A stretch of DNA of 64,000 bases from contig OZ024743.1 in assembly GCA_964016885.1 (NCBI GenBank), positions 114,018,001-114,082,000 of the forward strand, read 5' to 3'. This document shows, piece by piece, positions 37,428-49,500 of the stretch. Both the position numbers and the translations under genes were made by a program. Below the pieces are notes generated by a model. That model made no database searches. It was not told the DNA's origin and saw only the letters and a program-made list of their open reading frames with translations. The DNA comes from Eledone cirrhosa (lineage: Eukaryota). Positions within the stretch are counted from its first letter, which is position 1. The number at the start of each line of letters is the position of its first letter.

Positions 37428-37638
37428 TGGTATTGGTTGGACTCCCTCATATGTGTGTCTATACTTATGTATAAATAAATCTCCAATTAATATGTTTTAT
37501 ATATATATATATATATATAACAAAGGAATTGTGGTATTGGTTGGACTCCCTCATATGTGTGTCTATACTTATGTATAAATAAATCTCCAATTAATATGTT
37601 TTATATATATATATATATATAACAAAGGAATTGTGGTA
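37428..37638. repeat. Tandem duplication of ~104 bp
   Basis: TGGTATTGGTTGGACTCCCTCAT...(TA)n..AACAAAGGAATTGTGGTA present twice, sharing TGGTA microhomology. Confidence 0.9.
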
Positions 37639-37704
37639 AGGAACCAGATGGAGCATAACGCACCAGAGTACTCAATACTTAGGGTAGTAGAGTGGGAAAT
37701 AGAA

Positions 37705-37813
37705 AAAAAGTATGACCCCGACGGCAGAGCTCAAGCCGTTTCGACGGCTATTTCTGGACTCCAGAAATAGCCGTTGAAACGGCTTGAGCTCTGCCGTCGG
37801 GGTCATACTTTTT
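37705..37813. repeat. Near-perfect palindrome (54-bp arms, 1-nt centre)
   Basis: AAAAAGTATGACCCCGACGGCAGAGCTCAAGCCGTTTCGACGGCTATTTCTGGA-C-TCCAGAAATAGCCGTTGAAACGG...; one mismatch. Confidence 0.95.
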
Positions 37814-37824
37814 CCTATATATAT

Positions 37825-37981
37825 ATTACCCAGTGCATTACTGGTACTTTATTTTATCGACCCCGTAAGGATGAAAGGCAAAGTCAACCTCGGCGGGATT
37901 TGAACTCAGATCGTAAAGGGACGTAAATATGCTGGAAAGCATGGCGTCAAACCCTCTACCGATACTGCCAATCCACCGCCC
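37825..37981 (-). mobile_element. SINE family A
   Basis: Close match to the family A consensus, reverse strand. Confidence 0.85.
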
Positions 37982-38078
37982 TATATATATAAGTAATAAT
38001 AATAAATTTGAAGACTAAAATTCAAAGAGGGCTCGATAAGGATAAATATATATCAAATATATAAGAACCGTAGAGCAA

Positions 38079-38324
38079 ATATTTATTAAAATAACAGATT
38101 AAAGTTTAAGCAAAGAATCGCAGCTTTCACCCTTAACGGGATTTTCTGAAACTAACAAAGTCAATCTGTAAACGCAGAACTGGATATTTCAAAAAACGTT
38201 GCAACCGGAGGAAGACAGGAAGACGATACTTTGGTTCGTGGAAACGTTCCCTGGCAAAAAACGGGGAAAAGGGTGAAAGCAGCGATTCTTTGCTTAAACT
38301 TTAATCTGTTATTTTAATAAATAT
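38079..38324. repeat. Inverted repeat (~55 bp arms) made of family H1 element
   Basis: ATTTATTAAAATAACAGATTAAAGTTTAAGCAAAGAATCGC..TTCACCCTT / AAGGGTGAAAGCAGCGATTCTTTGCTTAAACTTTAATCTGTTATTTTAATAAAT. Confidence 0.9.
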
Positions 38325-38438
38325 ATATATATATATATATATAACCAAAAGTTTAACAAGGTTCATTGATTAATCAATGAATAAAGTTTTACAATAGATT
38401 AGAAGCACTCAACAAAGAGGTATTCTGGAGTTATTAAA

Positions 38439-38698
38439 ATATTACTTCAAAATATTAATAAATATAGCCATTCATGTGATCAAATATATTTTATTATACA
38501 TATTTCAGAGGTGCTGAGCTATTCCAGTCTTGCCAAGACTGGAATTGAACCATCAGCACAGTTGAGGTATGTCAGACATCAATTTATTTTATCTGATGAG
38601 GACGTACTGACGAAATAGCTCAGTACCTCTGAAATATGTATAATAAAATATATTTGATCACATGAATGTCTATATTTATTAATATTTTGAAGTAATAT
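38439..38698. repeat. Inverted repeat (~85 bp arms) enclosing a CTGATGA..GAAA motif
   Basis: Arms match with about two mismatches; spacer has CTGATGAGGACGTACTGACGAAA and an inner hairpin TTCCAGTCTTG/CAAGACTGGAA. Confidence 0.9.
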
Positions 38699-38760
38699 AT
38701 ATACATATATATATATATATGCTAGCGTGGAAGAATGGACGTAAAATGATGATGATGATG

Positions 38761-38801
<41 letters not shown>

Positions 38802-38805
<4 letters not shown>

Positions 38806-38891
38806 CAGAAAAATTGTCTGGAGGGTAGTATTTATGCTACTATAGATATATAGTAGCATAAATACTACCCTCCAGACAGTTTTTCTGCTAC
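38802..38891. repeat. Palindrome with Helitron-type CTAGCAGAAAA ends
   Basis: CTAGCAGAAAAATTGTCTGGAGGGTAGTATTTATGCTACTATA..TATAGTAGCATAAATACTACCCTCCAGACAGTTTTTCTGCTA. Confidence 0.9.
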
Positions 38892-39593
38892 TGTGTGTGT
38901 GTGGTGTGGTGTGGTGTGGTGTGGTGTGGTGTGGTGTGGTGTGGGTGTGGGTGTGGGTATATATATATATATATATATAATTGTTCAACCTATGCAAACA
39001 TGGAAAAACAGGCGTAAGAATGAGGTGGAGGCGAATTTCGATATTGAGGACCCCAATACATCTTGGTACCAGTGTCTTAATAATTGCTCTATACAATAAA
39101 TATATACTATATATATGATGTCATCCAAGGGAAAGGGAAAGGCTGATACAGCTTGGCACCAATACCATTACAACTCATGTATAAAATATATGAGTTGTAA
39201 TCTCTCTTTACAATGTTTATCAATGATACCTGATATTTAACATAACATATATGCAAGTCTCTTGTTAGATGGTATATATGTCACCCAGTCCAAGATTTGA
39301 ACTCACAAACGTATAAGAGTAAGCCCAGCACCCTAACCAATAAGTCATGCACCTTCACAAGCTTCATGATATATTTTATTGATCACAGATCTATTGAAGA
39401 ATATATAACATCTACAGTAGATCTGGTGCCTGTGTCATAAAGTTTGGTATGGTGAAGGATATAGTGCTAAATATTCTTCCCCTACCCCTGTTAATGACAT
39501 CCCTGCAGTAGATTGAACAATACCACCTATGTTATTGCTGGTTGTCTAATTCATTAACTATAAAAGCATAAAAAGTCCTAAAAACAAAACTGT

Positions 39594-39624
<31 letters not shown>

Positions 39625-39677
39625 GGTGGTGGTAGTGGTGGTATCAATGATGATGATGATGGTGGTGATGATAAGAA

Positions 39678-40405
39678 TAATTGTTTCTACTTTTGGAACA
39701 AGGCCAGCAATTACCCAGTACATTACTGGTATTATATTTTATTGACCCTGTAAGGATGAAAAGGCAAAGTTAACCTCGGCGGGATTTGAACTCAGAACGT
39801 AAAGGGACGTAACTCTATGCTGGAAAGCATGGTGTCTGACCCTCTACCCCGATACTGCCAATTCACCGCCCTTGTGATCATCACCGGTGATGATAAGAAT
39901 AATGACAATAATGATGATGACTATGATTATGGCATCAATGATGATGTCGGCAACAATACTATAGGCACAAGGCCTGCAATTTGGGGAGAGGAAAAAGTCG
40001 ATTTCATTGACCCCAGTGCATTACTGGTGCTTTATTTTATCAACCCTGTAAGAATGAAGAGCAAAGCTAACCTCAGCGTGATTTGAACTCAGAACGTAAA
40101 GGGCCGTAACTCTATGTAGCAAAGCAGGGTGTCTGACGCTCTACCGATACTGCCAATCTAATGATGATGATGATGATGTCAATAATGATGATGGTGGTGG
40201 TGATGACAAATGATAATGTGGTTGAGGGTAATGATGATGATGATGGCATTGACAACCACCCCAGTGCATTACTGGTACTTTATTCTATCGACCCCGTAAG
40301 GATGAAAGGCAAAGTTAACCTCGGCAGGATTTGAATTCAGAACGTAAAGGGCCATAATTCCTATGCTGCAAAGTATGGTGTCTGATGCTCTACCGATACT
40401 GCCAA
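39678..40405 (-). mobile_element. Cluster of three SINE A copies in (GAT)n-rich sequence
   Basis: Copies at ~39678-39872, ~39960-40160 and ~40258-40405. Confidence 0.85.
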
Positions 40406-41489
40406 ACTACTATGATAATGATGATGATGATGATGACATTGACGACTACTATGATAATGATGACAATGATGATGACAATACAGAGGACAACAGCAATGAT
40501 GATGAAGCAACTATATCTTATTAACATTGTCAATAAGGATGGTCAAAATACACGGGCATTTTTTTTTTCTTTATATTATTCAACTCTAGCTATTTTCTTT
40601 TTAATCTTTCTCTTGTCTCTAGAAATTGCACAATGTTGATCAATAAGAAACCTTCCTGAGAAATAGTTGTCCACTACAGATTAAAAATAAGATTACCTAA
40701 AATTACTGATATCAAAGTTTCTTCAATATACAACTTTGAAGACACAATCAAGCTGATTAAGACAAACAGAAAAAAAGTTTTGTGTAAAGCAAGATTGAGC
40801 CTGCTTACATTGGTATAGTAATCAATGCTATATTGCAGTTGTTTTTGTTTCTTTCTCTCTCTCTCTGTGTGTGTGTGTGTTTTGTTTGTTTTTTTTTTGT
40901 TTCTGTGGTTTCTGTTTCTATGTTAGATGTTATTGTTCTTTCTGCTTGTATGTTAGATACTTTTGTTGATGTTGTTCCTGCTTGTATGTTGGATGTTGTT
41001 ATTGTTATTGTTGTTTCTGCTTGTGTGTTTGCTGTTTTTTATTTTTTTTATTTGTGTTTTTCTTTGTGTTTTGCAGTTTTGGGGAGATTTTTTTTTCTTT
41101 CAAAGACTATTGACATTGTTGCAGAAGTATTGCAATTAGACTGGTTTGAAAACAATAAGCCATGAAAAAAAAATGTATAGTAACAAGATTGTTACTGTAT
41201 TGTGAGATGTACATGTGTAGGAATGATACAAAATGATATCAATCCTTTCATTAATATATTTCTAATGAAAGCCACTTCCTATGAATTTAAAATAATTTTG
41301 AAAATTATCAATAATTTGCAGTACTTATTAGGCTGGTGGTTGGAACATAGTTTAACAAAGTTCTTACATAAAATTATGGTGGAAAGTTTTTAAATAAATA
41401 TAAACACTTTCAAATAAACAACTTTGTATCATTGGAATCAAGGGTTGTTTCAGACACTTTGATATTGAATGGGTTAAGGCATCAAAATG

Positions 41490-41985
41490 GCAGAGTATTT
41501 AGAGGGTTGGACAAAATGCTTTTCTGCATAGAGTTACAGCCCTTTACGGTCCGAGTTCAAATCCCGCCAAGGTTAACTTTGCCTTTCATCCTTACGGGTC
41601 GATAAAATAAAGTACCAGTAATGCACTGGTTAATTGCTGGCCTTGTGCCAAAAGTAGAAACAATTATTGGTTTTGGACGATGGATTGGTAGTATTAGTGA
41701 AGCATCAGATGACATGCTTTGTGACACATAGGTACATTCTTTTAAGTTCTGAGTTCAAATCCTCTTGAGGTTAGCTTTTCCTTACATCTTTACAGGGTCA
41801 ATAAAAAAGCACCAGTAATGCACTGGGATCAATTTAATCAACTTCCCTTCCCAAAACATTATTGGCCTTGCACTTAAATCAGAAACCATTATTCATTTTG
41901 GCTCTTTACCATTTGAGTTCAACTCTGACTATGGTTGACTTTGCCTTTCATCCTTTTGGAGTTAATAAAATAAAGTACCAGTCTA
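41490..41985 (+). mobile_element. Cluster of SINE A copies
   Basis: Copies at ~41490-41668, ~41675-41895 and a partial one at ~41905-41985. Confidence 0.8.
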
Positions 41986-42529
41986 GGGTGGTGTATTGAT
42001 AGAATTGTTAAAGTGGTATCGGAATGGCCAAATGGTTAAGGAGTTCAATTCACGATCATTAGGTCCTAGGTTCAATCACATTGGGTGGCATCATGAACCA
42101 ATGTCATTTACCATAGCCACAGGTCAACATATGCATGCCTTATGGGTGAAATTAGGTAGGTAGAAACTGTTTGGAAGCCCCCACCCCTCCATGAAATGTA
42201 TCCTTTGGGGGGTCGATAAAATCCAGGGAGGGATGGTGAATTGGTAGAACTTTTAGCTGTTTGCATTCTGAGATCACCTGCAACATCACTGGTGTCATGT
42301 TCTATTGGTCCTTATCTTTTCTTTGGTTAACAACATCAGAATTATGGTGTGTGAGAAAGAGATTTGCATGCATGGGTGACTGCTGGTCTTCCACAAAATC
42401 CTTGTTTGAATTTATACTTTGGGGGGGAACTCTCCAGGTGCAAATCTATTGTCTCACTTATGGAGGCACTGGATGAAAAACATGGTATCCATAGTAATAA
42501 TATATGATTTGTGTATTAATAATATGATG

Positions 42530-42945
42530 TATGTAGCAAAGATATGTAGCAATGATATGATATATGTAGCAAAGATATGATATGTGTAGCAAAGATATGA
42601 TATGTGTAGCAAAGATATGATATGTGTAGCAATGATATGATATGTGTAGCAAAGATATGATATGTGTAGCAAAGATATATGTGTAGCAATGATATGATAT
42701 ATGATATGTGTAGCAATGATATGATATGTGTAGCAATGATATATGTGTACCAAAGATATGGTATGTGTACCAAAGATATGGTATGTGTACCAAAGATATG
42801 GTATGTGTACCAAAGATATGGTATGTGTAGCAAAGATATGGTATGTGTACCAAAGATATGGTATGTGTAGCAAAGATATGGTATGTGTAGCAAAGATATG
42901 GTATGTGTAGCAAAGATATGGTATGTGTAGCAAAGATATGATATA
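42530..42945. repeat. 20-bp minisatellite (TGTGTA(G/C)CAAAGATATG(A/G)TA)
   Basis: Tandem repetition; explains ORFs 42454-43105. Confidence 0.95.
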
Positions 42946-42983
42946 TGTAACAATAACAAGTGGTGTATAACAATGATATATGT

Positions 42984-43014
<31 letters not shown>

Positions 43015-44024
43015 GCAATGATATGATATATGTAGTAATGATACAAGACGTATAGCAATGATATATATATATACACATATCATCATCATCTATATATATA
43101 TACATAGTAATGATATGACATGCATCAAAATGATAAGATGTATAGCAATGATGTTATGTGTGAAGCAATGATATGATAAATGTAGCAATGATATAATATG
43201 TATAGTAATAATATGGTGGCTGCATAAATAAAAAAACATCTGATGCGGCAATGAATAATCTGTTACACAAGACCTGTTATAGGGAAATACAAACTTATTC
43301 CTTTAAAAGAGGCCCCTGATAGTTGCAAAATTAGCCAGTTCTAATTTACTGCTTCATCTGAACAATTTTATGAAAATATGATGTAACATGAAATAAAAGT
43401 AGCATTTCAAAATCTATTAAAAAGAAAACTTTTAGATCAATTCCGGAACTAATCCATTGGAAAATGCAATTATTCAATTTCTACCAAGTCTATTTTACAT
43501 CTGGAATGTCTAAATTCATTGTGGAAAATTCCCAAAGTGATAATTTGGTCACCAGACTTCATTTGTCTTTTATCAAATGTTAAATCATATTTTTGATCAA
43601 TAGTTTTACAATTTAGACATACATATTCAAACTTTTCAGTTATTCCTATATCAAATAAAAGACTAATTGTTTTTTAAACTATATTCTTTTTTGATGATTT
43701 GTACAAATTTAGACATTTTACAAATGTGCTTCATAAACTGAGAAGTACAAGAAAGATTGTAATGGCAGCTTAGAGCTTATGATGTAAATGGTTGAAACTT
43801 ACTAGATAATACATATATCATACCATATACTAAAATTAGAAGACTAAGGTAGAAATGGAAGATTGTGTCCGAGAAAGAGATGCCACCCATTACCCCTCAC
43901 AAGGTCTCAGACTCATATGAGGAAAGAACAAGAAGCTATAACTTATGGAATGCTGCAGTTAGAAACAATGCAATACCAAACTACCCTTGCTTCTACAAAA
44001 CAAAACTGTTGGTCCCAAAGTGTT

Positions 44025-44580
44025 TATCATCATCATCATCATCAACGTTTAACGTCCGTGTTCCACGCTTGCATGGGTTTGGACGGGGGTTTTCCCACTT
44101 GAGGCAAGAGTGATTGTCTTGCTCGCATAGGACTGTCTGGCGGGTTTTCTACAGCTGGATGCCCTTCCTAACACCAACCACATTTACAGTGTGGGGCTGG
44201 GAGGTTTTTACCGTGTTGCCTACACGGCCACATTACAGCATGGACTGTCTGGTGGGTTTTCTACAGCTGGATGCCCTTCCTAACACCAACCACATTTACA
44301 GTGTGGGGCTGGTAGGTTTTTACCGTGTTGCCTACACGGCCACATTACAGCGTGGACTGTGTGTTTTTTTGTCGTGACACCTACATGATCTCATTTGTTT
44401 CGGCCTGGATGTTGTGGCACCAACATAACTTTACATTGAAAGGGGCGGTGTGGATGGGGTGGGGGGTGGGACGGGGGTGTATTTTGTTAGAGATGCCTAC
44501 TGACTGTAGTAGGTTTTACTTTGTATTTAGGTAAGGCGGGTCTTCTCTATTACTGAGTACCGCCAAAGGTCTCGGTCTGT
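44025..44580 (-). mobile_element. Family C element with internal duplication
   Basis: (CAT)n..GTTTAACGTCCG.. and two copies of GGACTGTCTGG..CTACAGCTGGATGCCCTTCCTAACACC..CACATTACAGC. Confidence 0.75.
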
Positions 44581-44631
44581 TTTTATATTTATCTAAAACC
44601 CTTCCATTATAATTCCATGTAAGAATTTTTG

Positions 44632-44833
44632 TTAACCCTTTAGCATTTAAACCGGCTGTATCCTCTCACCGCTTTCTGTTTAAACTGACCATAATCAGTT
44701 GCTCATACTTATGTTAAGGTATTGTTCTCAAAATAAATATTATCAAAATCTCGTAGATTCAATATTATGTGAGATAATTATGTGAAATAAAGTGTTTACC
44801 ATGAAAATACAATAGTAAATACTAAAGGGTTAA
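44632..44833 (-). mobile_element. TTAA MITE family 1
   Basis: TTAACCCTTTAGCATT...TACTAAAGGGTTAA. Confidence 0.85.
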
Positions 44834-44836
44834 GCT

Positions 44837-44945
44837 ATCATCATCATCCTTTGATCTGGTCTGTTGGAGCACAATTAAGAACTCCTCTCCATACTGTACA
44901 ATCCAGCATTCCTGTCCCCAGTTCCCCGATGTGGATCCCTGTATA
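44837..44945 (-). pseudogene. 3' end of an RTE-like LINE
   Basis: Minus translation IHIGELGTGMLDCTVWRGVL resembles the LINE C-terminal ELxxAMxDRxxWR motif, followed by a (GAT)n tail. Confidence 0.5.
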
Positions 44946-45789
44946 CAAGGCAATGGACTGGTACTTGATGTTATCAAACTCCAGAAGGATGACACAAAGT
45001 CAACCTCAGAACACAAGCTAGTATAACTAAATACCACCTCAAGGCATTTTGTCCAGTCTGGCACTGTAACAATTCTGCCAATGAACCAACTGTTGTTTTT
45101 ATCATATCAACATGTGTTCACTTCCAATACAGAACATTTCTTCTATCTGTGATCAAATACTAATCTAGATTTACACAATAACAACTGAAGAAACAAAACA
45201 GAACATTGAGGAATTAGTTGAAATCAAATAGGAAAGAAGGATTTCATTTCATTTTTGTTATTTTTTAAGATGAGAATCTTCACCTTTGTTCATTTCTCAT
45301 GAAAACATATCGAATGGATTTAGGAATTTTTGAATAGAAAGAAGGAAGACAGAGGAGGGTGGGAGGGGGAACAACAACAAGAAACAAAAAAACAAACAAA
45401 CAACAATCTCGATATCTTAATGAAATCAAGAAGTGAAGAGCTCAGATAGCATTCAACAGCAGTCGCAAAAACTACAACATCAATATGAAAACTACAAAAA
45501 TACTATTCAGTAAACACGGCTTTCTTTTCTAGAAACTTCTTAAATAAGTCTGTGTTATCAGCGAACTACATTTGGTGTGAACTGAAAAATGTTTCGGAAT
45601 CAGATAATAGACTTATTCTAAATTTCTCCCGACATTGAATATTTTGGTTGGTTAGTCTTTTGGTTAGAACAAAACAAATAAAGTAAAAATATTAAAAGTT
45701 TTTTTTTTTTTTAAAGGGGGGAAAAGGAAGTTATTCAAAATCATTGATGGAAATTATCTTTTTACAATATTCCAAATTGAGACTTGGAC

Positions 45790-46525
45790 AACACACACGC
45801 GCAAGTACACACACATGCATGCACACACACACACACATTCACACACAAACTCATGAACACATGAGTGCACACGTTATCACATTCAAACACACCACACACA
45901 GACATTCAGTCACAACATTCACACACACCACACAAACACATTCACACACAAACACATTCACACACTATCATATTCACACACACCACACCCAATGCATTCA
46001 GACACAACACTCGCACACACTATCACATTCACACACACACACACACTCCACACACACAAACACACAAACACTGTCACATTCACTCACACTATCACATTTA
46101 CACAAACACCGTCACATTCACACAAACACATTCACACACAAACACATTCACACACACTATCACATTCACACAAACACATTCACACACTATCACATTCACA
46201 CACAAACACACTCCACACTCAAACACATTCACACACAAACACACACTATCACATTCACACACAAACACATTCACTATATACAAACACATTCACACACACT
46301 ATCATATTCACACACACCACACCCAGACATATTCATATACACAAAATGGGGAAATTTCTCATCAATTCTATCAATAACAAGACCTCAAAATTGTTTAGGA
46401 TTGTTATAATAAATCATCATCATCATCACTGCCACCACTATCATCATCACTGTCATCATCATCATCATCATCATCATCACTGCCATAATTATCATCACTA
46501 TCATCATCATCATCACCACCATAAA
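45790..46525. repeat. CA-rich low-complexity tract plus (CAT)n
   Basis: CACATTCACACA repeats; explains the H/T-rich ORFs. Confidence 0.9.
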
Positions 46526-46561
46526 CAAAAGTAGCTGCAGTCTTAAGCTAGTCTTCTGAGT

Positions 46562-49500
46562 TGTAGCTGGCCAGAATACAGTGTAGCTGGCCAGAATACA
46601 GTGTAGCTGGCCAGAATACAGTGTAGCTGGCCAGAATACAGTGTAGCTGGCCAGAATACAGTGTAGCTGGCCAGAATACAGTGTAGCTGGCCAGAATACA
46701 GTGTAGCTGGCCAGAATACAGTGTAGCTGGCCAGAATACAGTGTAGCTGGCCAGAATACAGTGTAGCTGGCCAGAATAGTGTAGCTGGCCAGAATACAGT
46801 GTAGCTGGCCAGAATACAGTGTAGCTGGCCAGAATACAGTGTAGCTGGCCAGAATACAGTGTAGCTGGCCAGAATACAGTGTGGCTGGCCAGAATACAGT
46901 GTAGCTGGCCAGAATACAGTGTAGCTGGCCAGAATACAGTGTAGCTGGCCAGGATACAGTGTAGCTGGCCAGAATACAGTGTAGCTGGCCAGAATATAGT
47001 GTAGCTGGCCAGAATAGTGTAGCTGGCCAGAATACAGTGTAGCTGGCCAGAATACAGTGTAGCTGGCCAGAATACAGTGTAGCTGGCCAGAATACAGTGT
47101 AGCTGGCCAGAATACAGTGTAGCTGGCCAGAATACAGTGTAGCTGGCCAGAATACAGTGTAGCTGGCCAGAATACAGTGTGGCTGGCCAGAATACAGTGT
47201 AGCTGGCCAGAATACAGTGTGGCTGGCCAGAATACAGTGTAGCTGGCCAGAATACAGTGTAGCTGGCCAGAATACAGTGTAGCTGGCCAGAATAGTGTAG
47301 CTGGCCAGAATACAGTGTAGCTGGCCAGAATACAGTGTAGCTGGCCAGAATACAGTGTAGCTGGCCAGAATACAGTGTAGCTGGCCAGAATACAGTGTAG
47401 CTGGCCAGAATACAGTGTAGCTGGCCAGAATACAGTGTAGCTGGCCAGAATACAGTGTGGCTGGCCAGAATACAGTGTAGCTGGCCAGAATACAGTGTAG
47501 CTGGCCAGAATACAGTGTAGCTGGCCAGGATACAGTGTAGCTGGCCAGAATACAGTGTAGCTGGCCAGAATACAGTGTGGCTGGCCAGAATACAGTGTGG
47601 CTGGCCAGAATACAGTGTAGCTGGCCAGAATACAGTGTAGCTGGCCAGAATACAGTGTAGCTGGCCAGAATACAGTGTAGCTGGCCAGAATACAGTGTAG
47701 CTGGCCAGAATACAGTGTGGCTGGCCAGAATACAGTGTGGCTGGCCAGAATACAGTGTAGCTGGCCAGAATACAGTGTAGCTGGCCAGGATACAGTGTAG
47801 CTGGCCAGAATACAGTGTAGCTGGCCAGAATATAGTGTAGCTGGCCAGGATACAGTGTAGCTGGCCAGGATACAGTGTAGCTGGCCAGAATACAGTGTAG
47901 CTGGCCAGAAGAGTGTAGCTGGACTGAATACAGTGTAGCTGGCCAGGATACAGTGTAGCTGGCCAGGATACAGTGTAGCTGGCCAGAATACAGTGTAGCT
48001 GGCCAGAATACAGTGTAGCTGGCCAGGATACAGTGTAGCTGGCCAGAATACAGTGTAGCTGGCCAGAATACAGTGTAGCTGGCCAGAAGAGTGTAGCTGG
48101 CCAGAATACAGTGTAGCTGGCCAGGATACAGTGTAGCTGGCCAGGATACAGTGTAGCTGGCCAGAATATAGTGTAGCTGGCCAGAATACAGTGTAGCTGG
48201 CCAGAATATAGTGTAGCTGGCCAGAATATAGTGTAGCTGGCCAGAATATAGTGTAGCTGGCCAGAAGAGTGTAGCTGGCCAGAATACAGTGTAGCTGGCC
48301 AGAATATAGTGTAGCTGGCCAGAATATAGTGTAGCTGGCCAGAATATAGTGTAGCTGGCCAGAATATAGTGTAGCTGGCCAGAATATAGTGTAGCTGGCC
48401 AGGATACAGTGTAGCTGGCCAGAATATAGTGTAGCTGGCCAGAATATAGTGTAGCTGGCCAGAATATAGTGTAGCTGGCCAGAATATAGTGTAGCTGGCC
48501 AGAATATAGTGTAGCTGGCCAGGATACAGTGTAGCTGGCCAGAATATAGTGTAACTGGCCAGAATATAGTGTAGCTGGCCAGGATACAGTGTAGCTGGCC
48601 AGAATACAGTGTAGCTGGCCAGGATACAGTGTAGCTGGCCAGAATATAGTGTAGCTGGCCAGAATATAGTGTAGCTGGCCAGAATACAGTGTAGCTGGCC
48701 AGAATATAGTGTAGCTGGCCAGAATATAGTGTAGCTGGCCAGAATATAGTGTAGCTGGCCAGAATACAGTGTAGCTGGCCAGAATATAGTGTAGCTGGCC
48801 AGAATATAGTGTAGCTGGCCAGAATATAGTGTAGCTGGCCAGAATACAGTGTAGCTGGCCAGGATACAGTGTAGCTGGCCAGAATATAGTGTAGCTGGCC
48901 AGAATATAGTGTAGCTGGCCAGAATACAGTGTAGCTGGCCAGGATACAGTGTAGCTGGCCAGAATATAGTGTAGCTGGCCAGGATACAGTGTAGCTGGCC
49001 AGAATATAGTGTAGCTGGCCAGAATATAGTGTAGCTGGCCAGGATACAGTGTAGCTGGCCAGAATATAGTGTAGCTGGCCAGAATATAGTGTAGCTGGCC
49101 AGAATATAGTGTAGCTGGCCAGAATATAGTGTAGCTGGCCAGGATACAGTGTAGCTGGCCAGAATAGTGTAGCTGGCCAGAATAGTGTAGCTGGCCAGAA
49201 TACAGTGTAGCTGGCCAGAATACAGTGTAGCTGGCCAGAATAGAGTGTAGCTGGCCAGAATATAGTGTAGCTGGCCAGAATATAGTGTAGCTGGCCAGAA
49301 TACAGTGTAGCTGGCCAGGATACAGTGTAGCTGGCCAGAATATAGTGTAGCTGGCCAGAATATAGTGTAGCTGGCCAGAATACAGTGTAGCTGGCCAGGA
49401 TACAGTGTAGCTGGCCAGAATAGTGTAGCTGGCCAGAATACAGTGTAGCTGGCCAGAATAGTGTAGCTGGCCAGAATACAGTGTAGCTGGCCAGAATAGT

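Noticed and set aside
37385-37445. CTGATGA...AAAACTGG hammerhead-like motif (related copy near 32525)
   Set aside because: The GAAA/stem III/UH half is not clearly placed and stems I and II do not pair convincingly in either copy.
43863-44113. 79-82 aa ORFs on +
   Set aside because: The 3' part is a family C repeat; the unique part is short with no splice or homology support.
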